Below are positions 56,201 to 64,000 of a stretch of 64,000 nt of DNA, one piece after another. The notes beneath the pieces were generated by a model. That model ran no database searches. It was not told the origin of the DNA and saw only the letters and a program-made list of their open reading frames with translations. The translations under genes were made by a program, and so were the position numbers. Source of the stretch: a virus (lineage: Duplodnaviria > Caudoviricetes); IMG/VR virus record IMGVR_UViG_3300017585_000161, positions 18,564 to 82,563 of that record; one strand, written 5' to 3'. The number at the start of each line of letters is the position of its first letter. Within the stretch, counting starts at the first letter, position 1.

Positions 56201-58185
56201 CCTCGTCGTAAATTCTCTAAGCCGAAATAATTTCTGTTTCTTACAAGATTACCCTTTTCGTCTCTATGGTAGCCTCTTCCTGGTGTGCTTACTGTGCCTA
56301 TCATTGAGCCTACAGCTCCTAAAATAGCTGACTGAATACTCTCTGTATCTGTTAAAGACCCAGTAAAGGATGACCATGCCGCAGACCAGTCAGAACTGAA
56401 ACTGTCTCCTACCTTTGCAGTGCCGTCTCCATTTAATTTGTTGTCTATAAAGGAGGTTATGTTATTTTCAGCAGCTCCTGAGAAAGTGCTGCTGCTTACA
56501 CTTTGCAAGTACTCTTCTAATCCCTCTCCAAAAGGCTCTTTAAGCATTTGCATTAAAGCGCCTGCTTTGCTGTTTCTTGCTGTTGCTGTGTTCGTAACCT
56601 CGTCTATACTAAAGTGTGGTCTTCTGTATGCCCATCCCAATATTCGTGAGTTTCTTATTGTCTCTTGTACTTTTGGCGCCATCAATCCAGCTTTTAGTGT
56701 CTGGTTAAGCATACCGTTTATCAAACTATTAACCCAAAAATCATGTATGCCTGCCTTTGCGCTTGCCCAGTCTATCTGCTGCTGTATTTGAAAGTACTCA
56801 TCTTTATAAGTGTCCCATGCCATCTTATATGCTTGCTCACGGCTAAGTTTCTTTTGTATGACCTTGCCCTGTTCTGTTCTTTTTTCTACATAAGGATTGA
56901 GCTTAGAATCATTATATATCCTGTCAGCTTCTTCTTCCACTATTTTACCATAGCTTTCGTCTAACAGTCTTTGGCCTTGTTGTTGTGTTTTTATTGTAGT
57001 GTCCAAGCCGTTTACTGCTCCTTCCGTAGCTCCTACAATGCCTGGAGCTATATACATGTCATGAAAATTATTAACCTTTTTCAGTGATTCTTGCACTTTA
57101 GTCAGTGCATCAGCTGTCTTTATAAGTCTCTGGGACTTGTTTAACCAAGAGGCAGCCTTGTTTAAACCGTTAAAAAGATAGCTCGCTATTTTCGCTTCTC
57201 CTGCTCCAGTCATCATGCTTAAAGCCGTATAGCCGCTTGATTGCACAGCCTGCCATGGAGTGACAGAACTTATAAATGACTCCTCTTGGTCTGAAGTAGT
57301 AGCAATGTTGAAATGTCCCAATCCGTCAGGATTGTACTTAGTGGCTGTTTGTTTGGTGTTTTTCATACGTTCTGAGGCTGACTCGCCCCCAAACAGTGCA
57401 AAGGGTGTTTGCAGTACGTATGACGCCCCTGATTGGCTAATGTCTCTTCCCAATCTTGTTACTGGGTTATTAAGGGCTCTTGCTACTATACGGTCAATAA
57501 TGCCAAGATTAGAGTCTTCTCCATCCTCCATTATTCCTTGTACGGTTCCTATAATATTGCCTGCTATCTGTACAGCTCCACCCTCTATTTGTGAAGGAAT
57601 GCTTGCAAAGGCGTTAAACGCTTGCTCATACCAAGTTTGATTATTTCCTACAATATCTTTAAATCTACCGTCAAGCGCCTTGCCTGCTCTCTCCTTTCCG
57701 TGAAGTTTTTTTATGGCGTCATACTCAGCGGCGAGTTTTTTATAGTCAGCGTTAGTTAGCGGCAGCTTGTCTGTGTCCTTATATTTTTTGTAGTTCGAGG
57801 AAACCTCATTTGCTATTTTCTTTATATAGTCCGATGTATTCGAATTTATGGAGTTTCTGTTTACTCCATATTTTTCCATATAGACTTCACTAGCCTTCTT
57901 ATATGCTTCAATCTCTGCTAACTCTTTATGTAGGTCTATCTTAGGTACAGGGACTTTTGATGTCTTCGTTGACTCTGCTACCACTTTATAATTTGAAGGC
58001 ATTTTAATGCCTCTTGTTGCCTTTTTGACAGTGTCTTTAATAAGCTCATCCTGTTGTTTTTCAGGCATAGTGCTCGTGCCTGTACTGTCCTGCCCAGTAT
58101 AGGTTTTTAACGCTTTTTTATCACTTTCAGACCTGTCAAATGCTGTTAGGCCTCTACTTCTTAGTAATTCTTCTACAGTTGGCAT
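50248..58185 (-). CDS. Giant virion cargo/ejection protein with a C-terminal PD-(D/E)xK nuclease domain
   Basis: 2645 aa with coiled coils and low-complexity linkers; GTLDLFGYDDNGNFYIFDMKT...QISLY near the C-terminus. Confidence 0.8.
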   Translation of the reverse strand: MPTVEELLRSRGLTAFDRSESDKKALKTYTGQDSTGTSTMPEKQQDELIKDTVKKATRGIKMPSNYKVVAESTKTSKVPVPKIDLHKELAEIEAYKKASEVYMEKYGVNRNSINSNTSDYIKKIANEVSSNYKKYKDTDKLPLTNADYKKLAAEYDAIKKLHGKERAGKALDGRFKDIVGNNQTWYEQAFNAFASIPSQIEGGAVQIAGNIIGTVQGIMEDGEDSNLGIIDRIVARALNNPVTRLGRDISQSGASYVLQTPFALFGGESASERMKNTKQTATKYNPDGLGHFNIATTSDQEESFISSVTPWQAVQSSGYTALSMMTGAGEAKIASYLFNGLNKAASWLNKSQRLIKTADALTKVQESLKKVNNFHDMYIAPGIVGATEGAVNGLDTTIKTQQQGQRLLDESYGKIVEEEADRIYNDSKLNPYVEKRTEQGKVIQKKLSREQAYKMAWDTYKDEYFQIQQQIDWASAKAGIHDFWVNSLINGMLNQTLKAGLMAPKVQETIRNSRILGWAYRRPHFSIDEVTNTATARNSKAGALMQMLKEPFGEGLEEYLQSVSSSTFSGAAENNITSFIDNKLNGDGTAKVGDSFSSDWSAAWSSFTGSLTDTESIQSAILGAVGSMIGTVSTPGRGYHRDEKGNLVRNRNYFGLENLRRGYNERGEVESISEYLRRITPWRSGLINAYYDNKREQRENREAAATITRWLQDPQNRVKWDGLVGTANWMTQMQKAMEGNDQFAFRNSLQGKMINDVMVLSKLKGTPFYESTMRTLQVASTLDATSDSAQEMIKTMRENGGEEFSGKSDEEIVQKLKDNATAMLGTMSQIEEESKNLDRLMGRVDDDTKESLIFDKIMQRNFTERHDKLEQEIETLRGKIKTSKRSNFSDLTEEQKNLVLEYGSLENALKKRQAIEEKKKEVEERRAALEKINKKSRTKEQKEELDEIKDVLKQADVKLKKFDALYERNEKGKIVKDKDGKPVLMTAKDVLFTEEDIMNLDPITRAYVLQRGSAKFYNATHQNKQKIETLSLQAEDLQHKIEDLEEKKKQWLNSEGGIKRHHNKQVQRTDKQIAKLQEQKRQKERQIEAEKNRTKTERIYSEEQQAVIDNLVNQGVQEDADFLDKVIDMGRLEGALKMHQQQYLEMLTNPEAFQNYVMQAKARAKRDLLRRRTERVAKIEDYKTFAQELDNLLAGASQEEQMYIRSVLEATEIKREREEAQAKAEEGTTSEEREEEGQNKEEQSNEEPSTESETETETKTETETETETETKTETETETETEEAVPAKESNFQRYKRNAMEIQRLSMQFLRKPDLTNNDKSLLIDAMQYLQSKGVSLTDRDAAVEALAAPDESGLRGGEFRKYVESKNLERDASTTTTFTTVGKIVSDYVSVITGDSEDMTHKNEIHPTVESESQTVTTPPPSPSPSPTETETTTPANPKEETEERKDAGSPGIFGVIGHNSPDDMQFTDSDGTVATGTQTPQSQDTEEQKKEKPDFPIMSAFKEMSAGEILKYIETIESIINNSSSEEGKAEARRALLEIARICIERGETINTVDNLKEILSEGINTLKLQANQQEQEDNPYSKGAGLLSKAFGKIQNQSARKHNRSMGAPINKKSSMVQSMNIEGMRKATQGKTRPWAVSFYDAYDIDNFHRTHEIGFNEPVYFITNSEWEEEVASQMGDQYNALYDMPVVAVIEMREPTEEDKRTCIEINGLYYQPIAVMSSTQANVSGSAWTGELRKNASKEQGLHFITEKGLPNGKPITTTVFGKNYRVGYHKDSTAQSKRDNSRQNDTNLIDDILNNLPDAERARLQAMPKQKMLEDPVYKKARKQRLDIMFWDSDPQSKTANHVVIRPNRMRGNNEKASGMIVMPVSMEESKDKQTGKSLLEVIKDEPLEALRSFNSRTERLFDEVIRPMFQYLPRQDHKGDRSALCITRQTLEESGKTAVSLAQEEAARLTKWLNGYDKSDKENTRGLAGVSSFVYMDPSKWRFEVTYIPEDPKNVVGENVTDSVTAYSVQLIGTDKIIVLPTIYAGKNDIQGALLMMRDLLYDSATGSLREGIRWQIPASDTNLLHEEGPAGDHARRNYAAMIDDGLLNFAGSSSQYNISGILFRSPTGMRLSNDTAEVVSNKDNAEQGPAINNVPQAEGAIITEKGTQIEPNSGVQTDNDKPAKPKQDLGVPKPQQSEKYKKAKAVAERIQEDSKEFALSEDESCYVTTDKRTGETTRYARVTSIIKADESAKPYNPTIVEILQHLGIAESAITEEMTHAGNIQELSQATGMSISKIRRAIAEARSAHAKTAYGAWATPSTAIGTTVDSIVRDFFNGETSETSSYPNTTREAVSKFQEQLQRFKESLEAEGIHIVPNGVVAHGNITTTDTDGKKHDVKVAGTLDLFGYDDNGNFYIFDMKTVRNHGKEKLEAERGKWSRQISLYADLLSQQYGIDIDRKNLRIIPIDVEYEAPQGNRTKGMNPAGGVYSEGQDHQLTLTYRDGSTKTVQNSNPKMQQTDAAQYPVGYTSLKINWDNLTSTEQDIAEGLQAELQQAEPEAKPVEAEVEKPEEPSATTSQDRQNPPADNNLQNSPTAPPIVPNGTEPLMPLWKDLSKEAQSFLGSVLGISDEASYNEMLSNEIMAEAVKQGMKCGGFI
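54347..54430. repeat. In-frame tandem repeat (seven 12-nt units; 36-nt higher-order unit) encoding (TE/TK)n
   Basis: GTTTCCGTCTCA GTTTCCGTCTCT GTCTTTGTCTCA twice, plus one more GTTTCCGTCTCA. Confidence 0.9.
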
Positions 58186-58203
58186 AATTCTATCTTTATC
58201 TTT

Positions 58204-59724
58204 TTATTCATTAGGAGTTAAATCCTGCGATACTGCAATGGCATAATTTCGTTTGTCCCCCTTAGGAAACTGATTATTGCCTTCTATAATCTCAATATAG
58301 CCCTTGTCAACCAACTCTTTCACTATGGCATTTATATATTGCTCTGCGTCATTTTCTGACCCACCTTGTTTTTTCACCGTTTGTACTAATGCTTTTTCAT
58401 CTATATAATTACCTTTTACAAGCATTTCTTTCACGTTTCTAAGTATTTTTTGGTCAGAGTTTATTAAGTCTCTTTGGTCATCTTTAGGAAGCATACGCCT
58501 GTTAGTGTCGTTGTTTTCCATAGAAAAATTCCCCCATGCATTTTCCATGTCATCAGTGCCAAATATTCCCCATGCGCCGTTGCTGTCTCCTATTTTACCC
58601 CACTCTTTGTCTCCGTTGATAATTCCTATGTATGAGTAATGTTTTTTGTTTTTTCCACTCCCTGTATAGAATCCGTCATCAGACTGTAAATCTGTTTTCT
58701 TCACATCTTGTGAAATGTCTCCTATAGTGTCTTTTTTAATACCTTCTTTATCACCTCTCTTAGCTGCTGCTTTAGCCGATAGATAATCTAAGTAAGCGGG
58801 ATTATATCCAGTAATATTGCCTTCTGAATCATAATGATATATGAAATTTTCTTGTTTTTCGGCTTGCTTTTTGTCATAGTTAAACTTGTCTTTTGCTAAT
58901 TGCAGGTTTTCAGCTTCATACGTGCTTAGCTTTCCTGGGTCTCTGACAGGTTTATGGCTTTCCTGATATACAGCGCCATCTAACACACCGTTTATCACTG
59001 CCTGCCTTGCTCTTTGTCTTGATACTCCAGTGAGGTTTTCATTTACCCCTCGTTCTGCTAATACGCCGTCTATTGCAGCTCTGAACTCAGGTATGCTGTC
59101 CATGTTCTCCCTGAACGCTGCAAGACTTTCTGGACTGTATCCCATCTTTTCAACCCAGTCCCTGTAGTAACCTGCGACAGTGCTGCCTGCGTCTCCCGCA
59201 CTAAAGACTCTTGAGCTTATGCTTTTGCCAGCCTGCGCTCCTCTTGCATAGAGTTCATTACCGCTTATACTGTATAGATTAGGCGTTTGCTTATCTAAGA
59301 AATTGTCTATGCTGAGATTATCAGTGGCATAAAGCAAACTTCCGTCCTTTGCGTTCAGTTGTCTCCTTAAATCAACTTCTTTCTGCATAGCGGCGTCTGC
59401 CTGCTCTAATCTCCCAATCTCCCCGGCATACCTCCTCTTCAAGGACATCAGCCCTCTGCGGTTGCTCATGTTCAGCCCTCTCTTCAGCACGTCGTCAGCC
59501 ATGCTGTTGAGGTCATTGGCGTAGCCCTCGTATATCTGCCGAGCCTTGCTGTCTTCTGGCAGGTTCTCCGACAAGTACTTGAACTTGTCCGCCTTGTCCT
59601 GTATAGCCTCATAGTTCTGCTCCATGTTCTCATACTCCTGCTTGTATGTAGCGTAGGGAGTGAGCATCTCCTGGAACGTGAACGGGCTGAAACTGTTTCC
59701 AACAACTAATGAGTAATTTGCCAT
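58204..59724 (-). CDS. Putative virion cargo protein
   Basis: 506 aa; N-terminal FSPFTFQEMLTP followed by a coiled coil; co-oriented within the cargo block. Confidence 0.7.
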   Translation of the reverse strand: MANYSLVVGNSFSPFTFQEMLTPYATYKQEYENMEQNYEAIQDKADKFKYLSENLPEDSKARQIYEGYANDLNSMADDVLKRGLNMSNRRGLMSLKRRYAGEIGRLEQADAAMQKEVDLRRQLNAKDGSLLYATDNLSIDNFLDKQTPNLYSISGNELYARGAQAGKSISSRVFSAGDAGSTVAGYYRDWVEKMGYSPESLAAFRENMDSIPEFRAAIDGVLAERGVNENLTGVSRQRARQAVINGVLDGAVYQESHKPVRDPGKLSTYEAENLQLAKDKFNYDKKQAEKQENFIYHYDSEGNITGYNPAYLDYLSAKAAAKRGDKEGIKKDTIGDISQDVKKTDLQSDDGFYTGSGKNKKHYSYIGIINGDKEWGKIGDSNGAWGIFGTDDMENAWGNFSMENNDTNRRMLPKDDQRDLINSDQKILRNVKEMLVKGNYIDEKALVQTVKKQGGSENDAEQYINAIVKELVDKGYIEIIEGNNQFPKGDKRNYAIAVSQDLTPNE

Positions 59725-59725
59725 G

Positions 59726-62700
59726 TTAGTATGTCAATCCTCCTCTCTTCCTTTTGTTTATTCTGCCGCCTCTTGACTTGGTGTCCTTGTTAGCGTCCTT
59801 AAATCTTACAACTCTCATGCCCATAGGGCTGTTGGGGTCTATCACTCCGAACAGTCCCTGCGCTGCCATGTCGGCTATCATGTTATGCTGAGCGTTCTCC
59901 TTGCCCAAGCTGCTCAGGCCTGCTCCCAACTGCCCTATGTTGCCGTACAGGGAGTTGTACCAGCTGGCTCTTGAGTTGTCTTTCATTTGCGCCGCCTGCA
60001 TCTGCATCTGCGCGTTAAACTGCTTTTGCTTGTTGTAGTCTGAGGCGTACTGCAGGGCCGCCCTGTTGAAGGCTTCTGCGTTAAACTGGTTTGTCCCCCT
60101 GTTGAAGGTGGCCACCTTTTCTCTCTGTCCGAGGTTGTACTCCTCGCCTTGCCTTGCCAAGTCACCAAGCCTGCCCACATGGTTGTAGTCCGCTGCTAAT
60201 ATCTGCGCTCCCCTTGACGGCGAGCTTCCTGAGTTAAGCAGCGCTCTTCTCGTGGCTCCCGCCTGTGCGTTCAGCTTGTTGGTGTAGTAGTCCCTGTCAA
60301 ACGGTCTGTACTTCATGTAGTCTCCTATAGGCCTGTACTTCGCCATTATGGGTGTAACTCCGCTGGCGCTCACCGCCGCGTCCAAGTCCGCGTAGTTGGG
60401 TTTTCCCACACCTGCCATTTGCAGTCCCAAGCCTACAGCTGGTCCCATGAGTCCTAAGTACCTCGGCCATTCCGCCTTGTGCACAGGCTCTACCTCCTGG
60501 AACTCAGCTGCTTTGCCGTCAGCTTTGCCCTTGCCTGTCCCCTTCAGCTTGTAGTAGCTGTCTTGGTAGTTAACTCCGTCTATGGTGGTCTGGTATGGGT
60601 CTTTGTTTATAAGCTCATACTCGTCCGTGGGGGCTGTTATCTGTGTCAAGTTGCCGTCAGCGTCTTGCAGGTAAGCCCTCTTCTGCCACTGTATCTTAGG
60701 GGAGGAAGTGAGATGCCCTATGCTTAAAGCTGTGTTACGTCCGTTCTGCGTGTTCTTGTCCGCGTCGTAGCTTATGTCCTGAAGCATCTTGTCAAAGTCT
60801 GAGAACTTGTAGTTTCCTGCCCATGAGTAAGTGCCGTCAGCGTTTCTCTTTACTCTGTTGCCTGCGTATTTGCTGCCGTTTTCCGCCAAGTTCCCTAACC
60901 ATGCCAAAGCCTCTTTCTCGTCACTCTTCAGGTAGTTCCTGAAGTTTTGGTAGGCTTTTGTCTTTTCAAGGGCTTTAGCTAATTTATTTCCTGTCAGCTT
61001 CCTGTCTTCCTCTGAGAGTTCCAAGAAAGCTGGGTCATTGGCAAAGTCACTCTCGTTTATTGCTCCGTACCAGTCTGCTTTGGGGCTGCCTGCTGCAGCG
61101 TCCCAATAAGGGCTGTCCGCCGCTTTGTTCGCTATGACCAACGGATTCCAAGTGCTTGTTGGCGTGAAGTTCAGCCGGGCTTGGCTGTTCTTTGCCAGGG
61201 GGTCATTGGCGTACCATGCGTTTTGAAGCAGTGGCAGGAACGTGGCCTCGTCCCACTTTGACACATCGCTGTTGGCTTTCAGCCATGTGTCTTTGTCTCC
61301 TAACGTGTCCTTGTTGGCGTCATACACTTTGTTTGCAAGGTCTGTGTAAGACCACCCTGGGAAGTACTTTGCCAACAGGTCTCCAAATCCGTATTTGTTT
61401 ACCCTTCCTCCATACGCGCTTATGTTAGGCTGGGGCTGCTGTGCCATAGCCTGTTCCTGCATGGCTTGCTCTTGCATAGCCTGCTGCTGGAGCATCTCCT
61501 GCTGCTCTGGCGACACTTGCTGTTGCTGCTGGGCTACCGCCTGCTCTTGCGCCGCCTGCTGCCTTGCGGCAAGTTCCTGCATAACGGCCTGCTGCTCTTG
61601 AGGACTGAGGCTCATGAACTCCTTTTGCGCTTCCTTAGCCGCTGTCTCCTGCTTCAGCGTCTCCTGCTCGTTGGCGAGCCCCTCCAAAGCCGCGTCAAGT
61701 CCTGCCTTGCTTATAGGGTCGTTAGGACGCTCCTCGCTTTCTTTTTGCAGCTGTTTGGCAGCGTCGGCGAAGGTGATGTCCCTTGTTCCCCTTATGCCGT
61801 ATTTCCGCTTGACAGCTTTCGGCACGTTAATCCTGTTTGAGAACACAAAGTCATTCCATACTGCCTCGCCTTCTTCAACCATGTTGGGCGTGCCCTCGCT
61901 GTCAACGCTCATCTGCACTCCCTCGTTGGGATTGGTCTCATGGCTTCCTCCCGCGTTAATCTGCTTCACGCCGTTGCTGAAGTTGCCTCCGTGGGTCTGA
62001 GCCACTCCGCCTAAGCCGAACAGTGACGGCTCTCTCCAAAATACGTTTATGCCCATATCTTTTCCTTTGTCCTTTCCTAATTTTCCTCCGCTGCCGTAGT
62101 AGCTGGTCAGGAGTCTCTGCTGCTCCTGCGCTATGTTGTTGGCTGCGGCGTTGTTTACTGACCTGTCAGTGAACTCCTCAGCCGCCTTCAGCTTGTTGTT
62201 CCACTCCTTAGCCTCGTTCTCTCCCTTGTCGGTGAACCAGCCGTCCCTGTAGGTCACTCTCTTGGCGGGCGTCAGCTGTGAGGCTATGCTCTCAATGTCA
62301 TCGTTGCTGCCTGCCACCTTTGTTCCGCTTGTCTGGTTAAGGTAGTTCTTGGCTTCACCCACGCCGTATGTCTGGTGTCCCCAGCCTCTGTTCACAAGAC
62401 CGCCTACCACGTTGCCTGCCAATGTCACTATGCCGCCTACCACCGGGTTAATAGCTCCCACCACGCCTCCGGCGAGGTTGCCTACCTGCGCTATGGTGTT
62501 TCCTGTGGGGGTGCTGTAGCCGTCGCTTATCAGGCTCTTGCCTATGCCCCCCACCACTGAGGCTCCCAATCCTATGCCCGCGCTTTCCGCTGAGCTTAGC
62601 TTGTCAGCTCCGAACAGGCTTGAGAACCCTGTGCCCGTCTTTGCGGTGGAGCTTAGGGCGTTCTCTGTCAGAGTGTCCTCAAAGCTCTTGCCAAACGCAT

Positions 62701-63283
62701 CCTTGCCGAAGTTGGCCGCTTGCTGGCTGAGGGCGTTCCGTCCCTCGCTTAGAGCTGCGTTAGCGGCGACTGTTCCCGCATAAGTGCCTGCGTTGTTTGC
62801 GGCAATATTGGCTACAGGGTTTGTCAGGGCGGTAACGCTCTTGGCCGCTGTTCCTGTGGCAGTGCCGTTAAGCGCGTTCTTAGCGTACTGGGCTATTCCC
62901 GTGCCCACGTCCTGCAGCAGGCTGTTGTTTCCAAAAGCTCCTTGTGTGCGGGGGGTGTTGTCAGTATAGGTTATGTCTTTAGCTTCTCCTAATGAAGTCT
63001 CATCCCTTGAGCCAGTGTCGGCGGTGTTGCCTGTCGTACCCAAGGCGTTGCTGTTTATATTGGCGTTGGGGGTTAATGACATTGACTGCTTGTTATACTG
63101 GTTCCAGCCCACAACAGGAGTAATGTTCGTCCAGTTGAAGCCCTGTCCGTTATAGTTAAGCCCCTGCCCCATATTATACACAGTGCCGCCTGAGCCGCTG
63201 CTGTCCATATTGGCGCCGCCCCCAAACAGGTTCTTGTTCCATTTGTTTACGGTGTATAGCTTGTCCTTTTTTCTCATAGCCAT
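59726..63283 (-). CDS. Putative membrane-spanning virion cargo protein
   Basis: 1185 aa with Gly/Ala-rich hydrophobic segments, the GGSHETNPNEGV...VEEGE...VFSNR motif typical of crAss-like cargo proteins, and a Gln-rich linker. Confidence 0.7.
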   Translation of the reverse strand: MAMRKKDKLYTVNKWNKNLFGGGANMDSSGSGGTVYNMGQGLNYNGQGFNWTNITPVVGWNQYNKQSMSLTPNANINSNALGTTGNTADTGSRDETSLGEAKDITYTDNTPRTQGAFGNNSLLQDVGTGIAQYAKNALNGTATGTAAKSVTALTNPVANIAANNAGTYAGTVAANAALSEGRNALSQQAANFGKDAFGKSFEDTLTENALSSTAKTGTGFSSLFGADKLSSAESAGIGLGASVVGGIGKSLISDGYSTPTGNTIAQVGNLAGGVVGAINPVVGGIVTLAGNVVGGLVNRGWGHQTYGVGEAKNYLNQTSGTKVAGSNDDIESIASQLTPAKRVTYRDGWFTDKGENEAKEWNNKLKAAEEFTDRSVNNAAANNIAQEQQRLLTSYYGSGGKLGKDKGKDMGINVFWREPSLFGLGGVAQTHGGNFSNGVKQINAGGSHETNPNEGVQMSVDSEGTPNMVEEGEAVWNDFVFSNRINVPKAVKRKYGIRGTRDITFADAAKQLQKESEERPNDPISKAGLDAALEGLANEQETLKQETAAKEAQKEFMSLSPQEQQAVMQELAARQQAAQEQAVAQQQQQVSPEQQEMLQQQAMQEQAMQEQAMAQQPQPNISAYGGRVNKYGFGDLLAKYFPGWSYTDLANKVYDANKDTLGDKDTWLKANSDVSKWDEATFLPLLQNAWYANDPLAKNSQARLNFTPTSTWNPLVIANKAADSPYWDAAAGSPKADWYGAINESDFANDPAFLELSEEDRKLTGNKLAKALEKTKAYQNFRNYLKSDEKEALAWLGNLAENGSKYAGNRVKRNADGTYSWAGNYKFSDFDKMLQDISYDADKNTQNGRNTALSIGHLTSSPKIQWQKRAYLQDADGNLTQITAPTDEYELINKDPYQTTIDGVNYQDSYYKLKGTGKGKADGKAAEFQEVEPVHKAEWPRYLGLMGPAVGLGLQMAGVGKPNYADLDAAVSASGVTPIMAKYRPIGDYMKYRPFDRDYYTNKLNAQAGATRRALLNSGSSPSRGAQILAADYNHVGRLGDLARQGEEYNLGQREKVATFNRGTNQFNAEAFNRAALQYASDYNKQKQFNAQMQMQAAQMKDNSRASWYNSLYGNIGQLGAGLSSLGKENAQHNMIADMAAQGLFGVIDPNSPMGMRVVRFKDANKDTKSRGGRINKRKRGGLTY

Positions 63284-63291
63284 GTTTTTGC

Positions 63292-63304
63292 GGCAAAAAT
63301 AATC
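63292..63304 (-). promoter_or_regulatory. Host-type promoter (GATTATTTTTGCC) of the cargo operon
   Basis: Same 13-mer as at 35319; a 16-bp palindrome lies at 63309..63324. Confidence 0.65.
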
Positions 63305-63517
63305 ATTCGTTTCCTATAGGAAACATCCTTTAGGAAATTAAAAAGGGAACATAAGCGTTTCACTTATATTCCCTTACTCGTAAAGTCAGCTGGAGCGGCT
63401 TTATCATGCTTAGCGCCATGTTCCCTTTAAGGGGAGCAGGTCTTGTTTAATACTAACTCGGCATGAGTTGCTATCCAACTCCGAGCGAGTTGCTATGCGG
63501 TTTTCACCTTTTCACCT

Positions 63518-63958
63518 TTACGCGCCCTCTTCTTCTGTCGTTGTTTTCTCCTCGGGGTCGTACTCGTCATACTCCTGTATCGAAGCCCTCGTGCGCAGCT
63601 CCTTGTCGCTCCACGTCTTAGTGTTCATCACGTTCAAGTGAACGCCCTTTATGTTCTTCACCGTGAAGTCATCCCGAGTCTCAGCCCCTGTGGTCTCAAG
63701 CCCGACGAAGAACAGCCCTATGTCGCCTAACCTTACTTTCTTTCCGTCAAGCACTAACTCCTTGAGGCAGTCGAGAGCGTCAAGCAGCACTCCTTGAATA
63801 AGACCGCGCGAGTAAGCAGAGTTATGGCTCGTAACATGCTCAACAAAATCGTCAAACTCAACAGTGCGGTCTTGAAAAGCCCTGCCGTACCACAGCCCGT
63901 TGTACTTCGAGCCGTCCCTCTTCAGCTGGTACTTCTTGTATTTTATAACACCTGCCAT
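63518..63958 (-). CDS. HU/IHF-like DNA-binding protein (Bacteroidota type)
   Basis: SAYSRGLIQGVL...LDGKKVRLGDIGLF; acidic tail. Confidence 0.8.
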   Translation of the reverse strand: MAGVIKYKKYQLKRDGSKYNGLWYGRAFQDRTVEFDDFVEHVTSHNSAYSRGLIQGVLLDALDCLKELVLDGKKVRLGDIGLFFVGLETTGAETRDDFTVKNIKGVHLNVMNTKTWSDKELRTRASIQEYDEYDPEEKTTTEEEGA

Positions 63959-64000
63959 TGCATGTTTCCTTTCATTATTAATTGGTTAATTGATTGTTAT

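Noticed and set aside
1-64000. Genome-wide TAG or TGA reassignment
   Set aside because: ORFs of 1000-2900 aa are uninterrupted in code 11, and TAG and TGA both end well-defined genes (for example TAG at 18034, followed by a terminator). No suppressor tRNA was seen, and the one tRNA has anticodon CCT.
1-64000. CRISPR array, integrase or transposase
   Set aside because: No repeat-spacer periodicity and no recombinase or transposase motifs were seen. The repeats found are duplicated terminators, short motifs or coding VNTRs.

Overview
Part of a crAss-like phage genome (order Crassvirales) that very likely infects a Bacteroidota host, judged from TAnnTTTG promoters and SD-less A-rich leaders. 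It uses the standard genetic code. From left to right: (1) the end of a lysis-type gene and a small minus-strand cluster; (2) a strand switch with clustered hairpins near 1.0-1.3 kb; (3) an AT-rich block of small early genes with repeated motifs, three paralogs, one tRNA-Arg(CCT) and two candidate structured RNAs (1.3-10.4 kb); (4) a GC-rich replication and nucleotide-metabolism module with an SF2 helicase, DnaB, a Sak4-like ATPase, an SSB-like protein, DnaG, Ung, two PD-(D/E)xK nucleases, Dut, an aspartic protease, PolA and ThyX (10.4-35.2 kb); (5) five virion cargo genes, including the DFDID-type virion RNA polymerase, split into two convergent blocks (35.3-63.3 kb); and (6) an HU/IHF-like gene. 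The strongest finding is a complete phage-encoded ubiquitin-like conjugation cassette between primase and Ung (17.4-22.6 kb): a Ubl precursor, an E2-like protein, a JAB peptidase, an E1/ThiF enzyme and a coupled unknown gene. All assignments come from reading motifs by eye. No searches or folding programs were run, and I cannot check how much of this has already been published.
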